A stretch of 64,000 nt of DNA from Pristiophorus japonicus (lineage: Eukaryota), in NCBI RefSeq assembly GCF_044704955.1, contig NC_091982.1, positions 235,166,001 through 235,230,000 of the forward strand, written 5' to 3'. Each line of letters starts with the position of its first letter. Positions within the stretch are counted from its first letter, which is position 1. Shown one piece after another: positions 1-10,437 of this stretch. Below the pieces are notes generated by a model that had not been told where the DNA came from, searched no databases, and worked only from the letters and a program-made list of their open reading frames with translations. A program made the position numbers and the translations under genes.

Positions 1-33
1 GCGGCACCAAGCACTATTGTGAATAGCAATCGT

Positions 34-2273
34 GGCCCGGATTTTACCGGGCCTATTATTGCATGCGCACAGCTTACGAGGCTGTATGTGCCCCACAAGT
101 TCCGGATCTCTGCCTACGCGAAGTGCATGCGCGAAAACCCGGAACTTGCGATCTGTCGAGTTTCAGCTCAACAGATCGGCTGCGTGCGCAGGAAATGGGC
201 CTTCGCTGGTGGAGCCCAACTACTGCCCAGTGAATGCCCACGAAACTCTTACGCCTGGTAAAAGCAGATGTAGGGCCTTTTTTTTTACCAGCGTAAGGAT
301 GGAAATAAATATTAAAATACATTTTTTTTTAAATCATTTAAACACTCAAAAATCTTTAATGTTAGTTTAGGTTATTTTCGGCCCCTTTAAAAATGTTTAA
401 ACTTATTTTTCAAGAAATTAGATTTTTGTTCCAAATGTTTAATTAAATTGGAACTTTATTCATTTTATACATGTGGTGATTTATTTTATTCGGGTTGTGT
501 GAGAGTGCTGCTTTTTATATAATTTCTAATTATGCTTATCGGGATTCCGTACGTAAATGGAATCCCCATAAGCATAATGGGAATCCCCCTTTGTGATTGG
601 TTGGGGCGGCCCACGCGATCCCACCTGCTCCCCTGGATAGGTGGGCAGGCTCAGGACTGCAAAAGTCCGAAGAAAGGGAGGCACCAGGGAAGTGCATACT
701 TTTCTTGCGGATAGAAACATAGAAACATAGAAAGTAAGTGCATTCGGCCCTTCGAGCCTACACCACCATTCCTGCCTTCTCTCCATACCCCTTGATCCCA
801 TTAGCCACAAGAGCCACATCTAACTCCCTTTTGAAAATATCTAACGAACTGGCCTCAACAACTTTCTGTGGTAGAGAATTCCATAGGTTCACAATTCTCT
901 GAGAGAAGAAGTTTATCCTCATCTTGGTCCTAAATGGTTTACCCCTTATCCTTAGACTGTGATCCCTGGTTCTGGACTTCCCCAACATCGGGAACATTCT
1001 TCCTGCATCTAACCTGTCCAATCCCGTCAGAATTTTATATGTTTCTATGAGATCCCCTCTCATTCTTCTAACTTCCAGTGAATATAAGCCTAGTCAATCC
1101 AGTCTTTCTTCATATGTCAGTCTTGCCATCCCGGGAATCAGTCTGGTAAATCTTCGCTGCGCTCCCTCATTAGCAAGAATGTCCTTCCTCAGACTGGGAG
1201 ACCAAAAGTGCACACAATACTCAAGGTGTGGTCTCAACAAGGCCCTCTACAACTGCAGCAAAACCTCCCTGCTCCTATACTCAAATCCCCTTGCTATGAA
1301 GGCCAGCATGCCATTTGCTTTCTTTACTGCCTGCTGTACCTGCATGCCTACCTTCAATGACTGATGTACCATAGCACCCAGGTCTCGTTGCACCTCCCGT
1401 TTTACGAATCTGTTACCATTCATATAATAATCTGCCTTCCTGTTTTTGCCACCAAAGTGGATAACCTCACACTTATCCACATTATACTGCATCTGCCATG
1501 CATTTGCCCATTCACCTAACCTGTCCAAGTCCCCCTGCAGCCTCCCAGCATCCTCCTCACAGTTCACACTGCCACCCAGCTTAGTGTCATCTGCAAACTT
1601 GGAGATATTACATTCAATTCCTTCGTCTAAATCATTAATGTATATTGTAGATAGCTGGGGTCCCAGCACTGAAACCTGCGGCACTCCACTAGTCACTGCC
1701 TGCCATTCTGAAAAGGACCCATTTATTCCCACTTTTTGCTTCCTGTCTGCCAACAAATTCTCTATCCACGTCAGTACATTACCCCCAAGACCATGTGCCT
1801 TAATTTTGCACACTAATCTCTTGTGTGGGACCTTGTCAAAAACCTTTTGAAAGTCCAAATACACCACATCCACTGGTTCTCCCTTAGCCACTCTATTAGT
1901 TACATCCTCAAAGAATGCTAGAAAATTTGTTAAGCATGATTTCCCTTTCATAGATCCATGCTGACTTGGACCGATCCTGTCACTGCTTTCCAAATGCGCT
2001 GTTATTACATCTTTAATAATTGATTCCCATTACCGATGTCAGGCTAACCGGTTTATAATTTCCCGTTTTCTCTCTTCCTCCTTTTTTAAAAAGTGGGGTT
2101 ACATTAGCTACCCTCCAGTCCATAGGAAATGAACCAGAGTCCATGGAATGTTGGAAAATGATCACCAATGCATCTACTATTTCTAGGGCCACTTCCTTAA
2201 GTTCTCTGGGACGCAGACTATCAGGATCAGAGGCGTTCGCCCACGGGAAGCCTCCGACCACGAGTTCGGGTCC
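34..2273. mobile_element. PIF/Harbinger-like MITE split by a CR1 insertion
   Basis: 34-710 and 2225-2273 align with the intact MITE at 26355-27153 (aaactcttacgcctg; gggaagcctccgacc; degenerate GGCC termini). Confidence 0.65.
711..2224 (-). mobile_element. CR1 LINE, 5'-truncated (RT remnant plus 3' UTR)
   Basis: ORF remnants with GVPQVSVLGP and FADDTKL motifs; (TTTCTATG)n tail at 711-735; frameshifts. Confidence 0.95.
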
Positions 2274-2519
2274 AATATATTTTATAAAGCTTTACAACAG
2301 AAACAGAACTGCATTATTATTCTGTAAAATCCTCTCTTCCTGTCAGCAGACTCCATCACTAGTTAAGTGCTTTTTGTTAACTTTTCATTCACGCTTGTTG
2401 CTGCTTTTGCTGTCATTTAGAACCTACCTCACTAGTTCTATTTTGTCACTTCTGAAGATGCTGCCTGGTGAAACATCGAGTTTTCCTTTTTATTCCATTC
2501 CTTTTCCTGGGGTTGTGCT

Positions 2520-2895
2520 CGCTGACCTACATTAGCTTCCGATCTGGCAATGCCTTGATTTTAAAATTCTCATCCTTATTTTCAAATCCCTCCATGGTTT
2601 CGCCCCTCCCTATCTCTGTAAGCTCCTCTAGCCCTATAACCCTGCAAGATCTCTGCGCTCCTCCAATTCTGGCCTCTTGTGCATCCTCGATTTTAATCGT
2701 TCCACCATTGGCGGCCGTGTCTTTGGCTTCCCAGACTCTAAAGCTCTGGAATTCCCTCCCTAACCCTCTCCGCCTCTCTTTCCTCCTTTAAGACGCTCCT
2801 TAAAACCTATCTCTCCTGCCCTAACATCTCCTTATGTGGCTCGGTATCAAATTTTGTTTGATAATGCTCCTGTGAGGCATCTTGGGACGGTGTTG
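2520..2895 (+). mobile_element. L2-like LINE 3' fragment
   Basis: ctctggaattccctccctaa...ctcctttaagacgctccttaaaacc motif, repeated at 3275-3485, 38900-39200, 59070-59310 and elsewhere. Confidence 0.6.
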
Positions 2896-4163
2896 TATAA
2901 CTTGATGTTGCTGAAGAACATTATAACCCTGTCTGGAGGAGGTTTTCCAGTGCTTACACTTGGAAATATTGGATCACCTGGGTGAGGCAAACAGGGAGAA
3001 TCGGGCTGGGAGGAATGCACCTTGTTCGACTGCTTGCTGATTTTCCATTCATTTATTTTAATGGATGGGAAATCAGGTAGCAACTCTTACAGATGTTAAT
3101 CTGCATGCTGTTCCTTTTAATAATGTCCGAATATGTTTCTGAGCTGCCCCTAAGGTAACGAAGAGAGAAAATGCCTGCACACCAGAATGTATGATTCCCA
3201 ACCCACGTGCGCTTTGGTTGAATGCAGCTGGTCCAGTGAGGTGGTTAAAATGACACCGCCACATTTGAGGTTTACTTGCATTTATATAGCGTCTTTAATC
3301 GTAGTAAAACGACTCAAGGTGCTTCAACAACAGCGCTATCAATAAACATTTGACACCGAGCCACAACAGGAGATATTAGGACAAATGACCCAAAGATTGG
3401 TCGAAGAGGTAGGTTTTAAGGAGAGTTTTAAAGGAGGAGAGAGAGGCAGAGATGTCAAGGAAGGGAATTCCGGAGCTTAGGGCTTTACTCCGCCACCGAA
3501 AACAGCACAACTGGAAAAATGGAGAAACTAAACCACAAAACCTGGGTAGGCGGAGCCACAGGCCCCCCACGATGGAGGGGACTGATGGGCAACTTATTCC
3601 TCCAATGCTTTTCTGCAAGTGGGTGCTGGGATGATCAGATCAGCCATGATCTTATTGAATGGCGGAGCAGGCTCGAGGGGCCGAATGGCCGACTCCTGCT
3701 CCTATTTCTTGTGTTCTTCTGTGCGCAACCACACTACATTCGCTCTTGTTTTTTTTCCCATCCTTCCTGTTAGGAAATTGTTAGGGTATTAAAGGATATG
3801 GAACCAAGGAGGGTAAATAGAGTTGAGATACGGATCAGCCACAATCTCATTGAGTGGCAGAACAGGCTCGAGGGGCTGAATGGCCTCCTCCTGTTTCTGT
3901 GTCTCTATGTTACTGTTACTGTTACTGTTCCATGCTCACCCCTCTTGTGCCCCTTCGCCAGCCTCCAATCAAATCGCAGCAACCCTTCTAAGGTCTTGNN
4001 NNNNNNNNNNNNNNNNNNNNNNNNNNNNNNNNNNNNNNNNNNNNNNNNNNNNNNNNNNNNNNNNNNNNNNNNNNNNNNNNNNNNNNNNNNNNNNNNNNNN
4101 NNNNNNNNNNNNNNNNNNNNNNNNNNNNNNNNNNNNNNNNNNNNNNNNNNNNNNNNNNNNNNN

Positions 4164-5510
4164 GGGGGGTGTAGGGGGGGAAAGAGAGAGTAGGGGAGAG
4201 AGTATAGGGGAGAGAGAGAGAGAGAGAGAGAGGAAGGATGTAGGGGAGAGAGAGAGAGAGAGAGATTGTGTAGAGGAGAGAGGGGGGGTGTAGGGGGGAG
4301 AGAGAGAGATAGAGAGAGAGAGAGAGTAGGGGAGAGAGTGTAGGAGAGAGAGAGAGAGAGAGAGAGGAAGAAGGGGAGGGAGAGAGAGAGGGTGTGGGGG
4401 TGGAGAGAGAGATTGTGTAGGGGAGAGAGAGAGAGAGGGGGTGTAGGGGGGAGAGAGAGAGAGGGAGAGAGATAAAGATAGAGATAGAGAGNNNNNNNNN
4501 NNNNNNNNNNNNNNNNNNNNNNNNNNNNNNNNNNNNNNNNNNNNNNNNNNNNNNNNNNNNNNNNNNNNNNNNNNNNNNNNNNNNNNNNNNNNNNNNNNNN
4601 NNNNNNNNNNNNNNNNNNNNNNNNNNNNNNNNNNNNNNNNNNNNNNNNNNNNNNNNNNNNNNNNNNNNNNNNNNNNNNNNNNNNNNNNNNNNNNNNNNNN
4701 NNNNNNNNNNNNNNNNNNNNNNNNNNNNNNNNNAGAGAGTGAGNNNNNNNNNNNNNNNNNNNNNNNNNNNNNNNNNNNNNNNNNNNNNNNNNNNNNNNNN
4801 NNNNNNNNNNNNNNNNNNNNNNNNNNNNNNNNNNNNNNNNNNNNNNNNNNNNNNNNNNNNNNNNNNNNNNNNNNNNNNNNNNNNNGAATATAGGGGAAAG
4901 AGAGAGAGAGGGTGTAGGGGAAAAAGAGAGAGAGAGAGACAGAGAGAGGGTGTGGAGGGGCGAGAGAGCGAGCGAGAGAGATTGTATAGGGGGAGAGAGA
5001 CAGAGATAGAGGGTGTGTGGGGGGGGGTGGGGAGAGAGAGAGAGAGAGAGAGAATATAAGGGAAAAAGAGAGAGAGGGTGTGGGGGGGGGAGAGAGAGAG
5101 AGAGAGAGAGAGAGATTGTGTAGGGGAGAGAGAGAGTGAGAGTGTGTAGGGGAGAGAGAGAGTGAGAGGGTGTAGGGAAAAGAGAGAGAGAGACAGAGAG
5201 AGAGAGGCGGTGGGGGGGGGAGAGAGAGAGATTGTGTAGGGGAGAGAGAGAGAGGGTGTAGGGGAAAGAGAGACAGAGAGAGAGAGAGGGAGGGAGGGTG
5301 TAGGTGAGAGCGAGAGAGAGAGGGAATAGGTGAGAGCGAGAGAGAGGGTGTAGGGCAGGGAGAGAGAGAGAGAGTGCAGGTGAGAGAGCGAGGGTGCAGG
5401 TGAGATAGAGAGAGAGAGAGAGGGTGTAGGGCAGAGAGAGTGAGAGAGAGAGAGAGAAAGAGAGAGTGAGTGTAGGGGAGAGAGAGAGAGAGAGAGGGTG
5501 TAGGGGAGAG
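4164..5510. repeat. GA-rich compound microsatellite with assembly gaps
   Basis: (GA)n runs with gtgtagggg spacers. N gaps at 3999-4163, 4492-4733 and 4744-4885. Confidence 0.95.
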
Positions 5511-5569
5511 TGCATACAGTGCACAGTGTCATTTACTAGCAGCAAATAACTGTCCGTCTCATTACTTAC

Positions 5570-5635
5570 ACAGTGTATCTGTTCAGCGATGAACTTCTGC
5601 AGCTTTCCCTTGTCGGTGAATTTAAAGAGCTGGAG
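5570..5635 (-). CDS. MINDY4B: MINDY4B exon 7 (LQLFKFTDKGKLQKFIAEQIHC)
   Basis: Acceptor atttttcctcag, donor TGT|gtaagt, 66 nt, phase 0/0. Matches the recalled segment [22 protein letters not shown]. Later exons were not found in the window. Confidence 0.9.
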
Positions 5636-6327
5636 CTGAGGAAAAATATGAAAAGTGTGAGGCAGTTTACACAGGCCACTCCAGAGAGACTTCCAGACTG
5701 ATTACAGACTGCCCATCAGAGATTTAGGGGAAAGTTTTCAAAAGCACCTTAGGGTAGACTTCTTGCAGGGGTTCTGCTGCTCTGCCTGGCAACCTTGTCG
5801 AGAGAGAGAAAGAAAGACTTACATTTATATAGCACCTTTCACGACCACCGGACGTCTCAAAGTGCTTCACAGCCAACTTTTGGAGTGTAGTCACTGTTGT
5901 ATTGTGGGAAACGCGGCAGCGAGCGAGCGCACAGCAAGCTCCCACACACAGCAATGTGATAATGACCAGATAACCTGGTTTTGTTATGTTGATTTTGCTA
6001 TGTCGATAAATACCCCGGGGAAATGGCGTAAGTAGCACCATGGCATGCGTTAACGACTGAACCCTGCTGTCGATACTTTCTCCGTTTCAGTGGGGTCAGC
6101 TATTCCCTTCAGCAACGTGAGCATCTTACTTTCACGGGAATTATTTCACTCTGCCCTATTTCTGCTTGTACGATAGCATAGCCCAGGGATTTAACGACAG
6201 CAGCCCCTTGTGAGCTGGACCAGACACTTCTATCTTCTGCATGTGTAGTTCTTCAATCTCTCTGAAGGTAGACCGAGCAAATACTTGATATGAATCTCGA
6301 AGGTTCTTTATTTCCTTGCAGGTTGAA

Positions 6328-6680
6328 ATATAGAAACATAGAAAATAGGTGCAGGAGTAGGCCATTCGGTCCTTCGAGCCTGCACCACCATTCAATATGA
6401 TCATGGCTGATCATTCACCTCAGTACCTCTTTCCTGCTTTCTCTCCATACCCCTTGATCCCTTTAGCCGTAAGGGTCATATCTAACTCCCTTTTAAATAT
6501 ATCTAACGAACTGGCCTCAACAACTTTCTGTGGTAGAGAATTCCACAGGTTAACAATGCTCTGAGTGAAGAAGTTTCTCCTCATCTCGGTCCTAAATGGC
6601 TTACCCCTTATCCTTAGACTGTGACCCCTGGTTCTGGACTTCCCCAACATCGGGAACATTCACCCTGCCTCTAACTTGTC
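6328..6680 (-). mobile_element. CR1 LINE 3' end
   Basis: Same 3' UTR and tail as the other CR1 copies; peptide MFPMLGKSRTRGHSLRIRG. Confidence 0.92.
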
Positions 6681-7551
6681 CACACAGAACAACAGTTACA
6701 ATCAGATTCATTTATTTCCATCAAACAACTGAGTCATTATCACATCGCTGTTTGTGGGAGCTTGCTGTGTGCAAATTGGCTGCTGCGTTTCCCTCATTAC
6801 ACTTCAAAAAAAAAAGTACTTCATTGGCTGCAAAGCACTTTGGGACATCCGGTGGTCGCGAAAGGCGCTATATAAATGCAAGTCTTTCTTTTTTTTTATT
6901 GGACTGTCAAACTATCTTTAATTGACTTCAGAACTGTGGTTCAGAAGCCCTGTTTGAAACCTAATTTACCCCTACCAGCTCTACTGGTCTTAACGTCATA
7001 ATATCAAAATAACTAACACACTACACTGCCCCGCTTTAGTGAGTCATCTTGCTTGATTTAAAGTTACTTTTCCAATTCTTCTGTGCTCCATTCCATCCTT
7101 CTCACAGTCCCTTGCTGCCTGACTACCTCGAGCTTTTACAGCACTCTCTGTTTAAAACGTCTGACTCCAGTGTCAGCTTTTAGCCTAACTGACAACCCCA
7201 CAAGCAGAATTCACCAACCTAACTTGTCTATGGCTCCTGCTGATTTGAAATGAAAAGAGTTGAGACAGCTACAATGAATGTGAATGATGAAATCAACATC
7301 ACTAAAACTGATTATCTGGTCATTATCACATCACTGTTTGTGGGAGCTTGCTGTGCGCAAATTGGTTGCCGCATTTCCTACATTACAACAGTGACTACAG
7401 TTAAAAAAAATTGGCTGCAAAGCACTTTGGGACATCCGGTGGCCGTGAAAGGCGCTATATAAATGCAAATCTTTATTTTTTATTGGACTGTCAAACTATC
7501 TTTAATTGACCTCGGAACAATGGTTCAGAAGCCCTGTCTGAAACCTAATTT

Positions 7552-7895
7552 TTTTTTTTTTTTAAATTCGTAGCCAATCGTTTCCAATTCTTTGTCAAGT
7601 CACAAACGCCAGAGGTCACCCTGCACCAGTCAAGGATCACTCTGCGCCAATGCTCTTAGCCAAAAGGCCTAGAGCCACTGCACCGTTCCTGGAAGTACTG
7701 CAATACCAGGTTCGTGCCATGGAGGTGGATGGGTCAGGTCCCCCACACACCTCCGTGGAGGTGGATGGGTCAAGCCATCCCACCCACCTCCTGTTTACAA
7801 AAATGTAAGCATATACCTTCCTGACCAGGGAGAAACTACCCGGAGGTCATGGTGGCTGGTCAGGTTAGTTATGCAGATCTTAGCCAAAAGGCCGA
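7552..7895 (-). mobile_element. snRNA-derived (U2/U1 chimeric) SINE-like retroposon, SINEU-type
   Basis: Minus strand order: U2 5' end TCGGCCTTTTGGCTAAGATC, U1-like segment, U2 Sm site ATTTTTG, duplicated stem-loop III, stem-loop IV CCTGGTATTGCAGTACTTCCAGGAACGGTGCA, second U2 5' piece, unique tail, poly(A). 12-bp TSD gaaacctaattt at 7540-7551 and 7896-7907. Confidence 0.85.
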
Positions 7896-8287
7896 GAAAC
7901 CTAATTTATTCCTACCAGCTCTAGTGTCTTGTGAATTTAACCGCCTGGGAGCTAGGTTTAGCTCAATGGCAGCATGTTTCACATACATCGTACAGCAGAC
8001 TGGACTATGGTGAATAGGAAATCTGTCACAATTCAGATCATAGCTGTTATATTTTTAATAGCTAAAAGATGCGACAGGTCACTTTAAATTTGGTTATTGC
8101 TATCTTGCTCTTCAGAGATCAAAGAGGATACACATTACAGTCTGATATGCAAACTGACACTTCAAAGACGTTGTTCTGGTGCAAATACCTTTTGATTGCG
8201 GAGCCAAGTAGAAACCGCTTAAGCCATTCTTAATACTGAAATCTATCTAATTAAAGTCAAGCATGAGGCAACACATGCAGATATCCT

Positions 8288-9175
8288 GGGGGCTTGCACT
8301 GGGGCGATGGGGGGCTTGCACTGGGGCGATGGGGGGCTTGCACTGGGGCGAGGGGGGGCTTGCACTGGGGCGAGGGGGGGCTTGCACTGGGGCGAGGGGG
8401 GCTTGCACTGGGGTGAGGGGGGGCTTGCACTGGGGCGAGGAGGGCTGGCACTGGGGCGAGGAGGGCTGGCACTGGGGCGAGGAGGGCTTGCACTGGGGCG
8501 GGGAGGGCTTACACTGGGGCGAGGGGGCTTACACTGGGGCAAGGAGGGCTTGCACTGGGGCGAGGGGGGGCTTGCACTGGGGCGAGGGGGGCTTGCACTG
8601 GGGCGAGGAGGGCTTGCACTGGGTCATGGGGGGGCTTGCACTGGGGCGAGGAGGGCTTGCACTGGGGCGAGGGGGCTTGCACTGGGGTGAGGGGGCTTGC
8701 ACTGGGGCGAGGAGGGCTTGCACTGCGGCGAGGAGGCTTGCACTGGGGAAAGGGGGCTTGCACTGGGGCGAGGGGGCTTGCACTGGGGCGAGGGGGCTTG
8801 CACTGGGGTGAGGACGCTTGCACTGGGGTGAGGGGGTTCGCACTGGGGTGAGGGGGTTCGCACTGGGGTGAGGACGCTTGCACTGGGGTGAGGGGGTTCG
8901 CACTGGGGTGAGGGGGTTCGCACTGAGGCGAGGAGGCTTGCACTGGGGCGAGGGGGTTTGCACTGGGGTGAGGGGGCTTGCACTGGGGTGAGGGGGCTTG
9001 CACTGGGGTGAGGGGGCTTGCACTGGGGCGAGGGGGCTTGCACTGAGGCGAGGGGGCTTGCACTGGGGCGAGGAGGGCTTGCACTGGGGCGAGGAGAGCT
9101 TACACTGGGGTGAGGGGGCTTACACTGGAGCGAGGAGGGCTTGCACTGGGGCGAGGAGGGCTTGCACTGGGGCAA
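8288..9175. repeat. G-rich minisatellite, 20-22 bp unit (ggggcttgcactggggcgag[ga])
   Basis: About 40 tandem copies, directly visible. Confidence 0.95.
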
Positions 9176-9286
9176 GGGATGGTGGGCGGCGGGGGTGCGA
9201 GAGTTTCAGAAGCTATCACATCAATTTGATGATGTTGATTCACCTATGGGACGGAGCGACTGTTCTCCTGTAGTCCGACTTTTTTA

Positions 9287-9944
9287 GGGCTGGATTTTCG
9301 GGGTTCTCCTGCCTCTGTTAGCGCCCCAGAGGGGCAGTAATGGTGGCGATAAACAATTCCAGGCGGGTGGCCAGCTTCCGGCGTCGTGCCGGGACTTTCA
9401 GTGCCGGTTTCGGCGGGGGCACGGAGCATTACCACCCGGAAGAAGTGAGCCGGCGTGCAATGCCCCTGGTTTTGACACCCGCTCAATTTTTGATTCCCGC
9501 CCGATCGGTCACGCTACGTAGAGCGCCCCCTGCTGGGACCGCCTGTGAAAGTGGACGGCCCAACCTGTAGCGGCCACAGTGGGGTAAGTAATGTCAAGCT
9601 CAGGTAAGTGTCATTGTTTCTTATTTTATATTTTTTGCGATTTATGTTGTGGTGGCGTGAATTATTTATTGCGAATGTTTTTGGTGGGTTTTTTTTCAGG
9701 GTTTTTTTCTCCCTAATCCTCTCCCAGAGCGCTCCGAGGCCGGATGTTTAGCTCAGGATTTTCCCATGCTCAGCCGGCCTAGCGCTCTTAGAGAGGTGTG
9801 CAATGCCTCCCTTAGCGCTCCGCCCCACACTCAGGGCCCAGCTGCCCAATATTGCCGACCGCGGCGCTAACTGTTCCCGGGTGCAAACTTTCCCGCCCCG
9901 CCGCCATTACCGCCCCGAAATCAGCAGGACTGAAAATCCAGCCC
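9287..9944. mobile_element. Non-autonomous DNA transposon (Harbinger-like MITE)
   Basis: 13-bp perfect TIR gggctggattttc ... gaaaatccagccc; GC-rich arms around a T-rich core; TSD not cleanly matched. Confidence 0.75.
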
Positions 9945-10437
9945 GTGAACGTTAAAAGTTCTGAGTTAAATTGCAGCCAGCATATGTTCCGAGTTTGCCA
10001 GTTTTGTTCTGTATCACTGCACCACAACCCTAGTGGAGGCCGTGTGTCAAGATTCTGTAATTGGTGAATGAGACTCACAGACTTAGAATTAGCGAAGTGT
10101 TGCATCTTAGTGTATTTTTATATACGAACAGACTGCGTGATTTAAATTTCCTGTAGAAATAGTTCAAGCTGCAGTACTGCCTCTTGCTACTGATCGTATG
10201 TTACTTTTCATAAACCTGCTCCAAATTTTATAGCCTGAATCATGTTCTGATGGTGTTTTTTCTTCTGCTCTTCAAAGTTCAGAAGATCATGAAAGGGCTT
10301 GAGCCACATCCAGCTGAACAGAGGCTCAAGTGTTTGATCCCCCTAGGCGGCACTGCACTAAATATAGTAACATGGGTTTGACCCATAGACAGTTCTATAC
10401 TAAATATGTAACTGTGTGGCTCAATGGGTAGCACTCT

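Noticed and set aside
3073-3264. Possible further MINDY4B exon (GTAAG donor near 3090)
   Set aside because: No frame resembles the expected next segment (GEGSHGVILFLYSL-like); exon 8 probably lies outside the window.
3905-5545. 500-aa Ser/Leu-rich ORFs in the track
   Set aside because: Translation of a (GA)n microsatellite and N gaps; not a gene.
7552-7895. Functional U2 snRNA gene or simple U2 pseudogene
   Set aside because: Branch-point pairing region missing, modules rearranged and duplicated, extra tail, poly(A) and TSD: a retroposed chimera.
8243-9273. Many overlapping Pro/Gly-rich ORFs
   Set aside because: Products of a stop-free 20-22 bp minisatellite.
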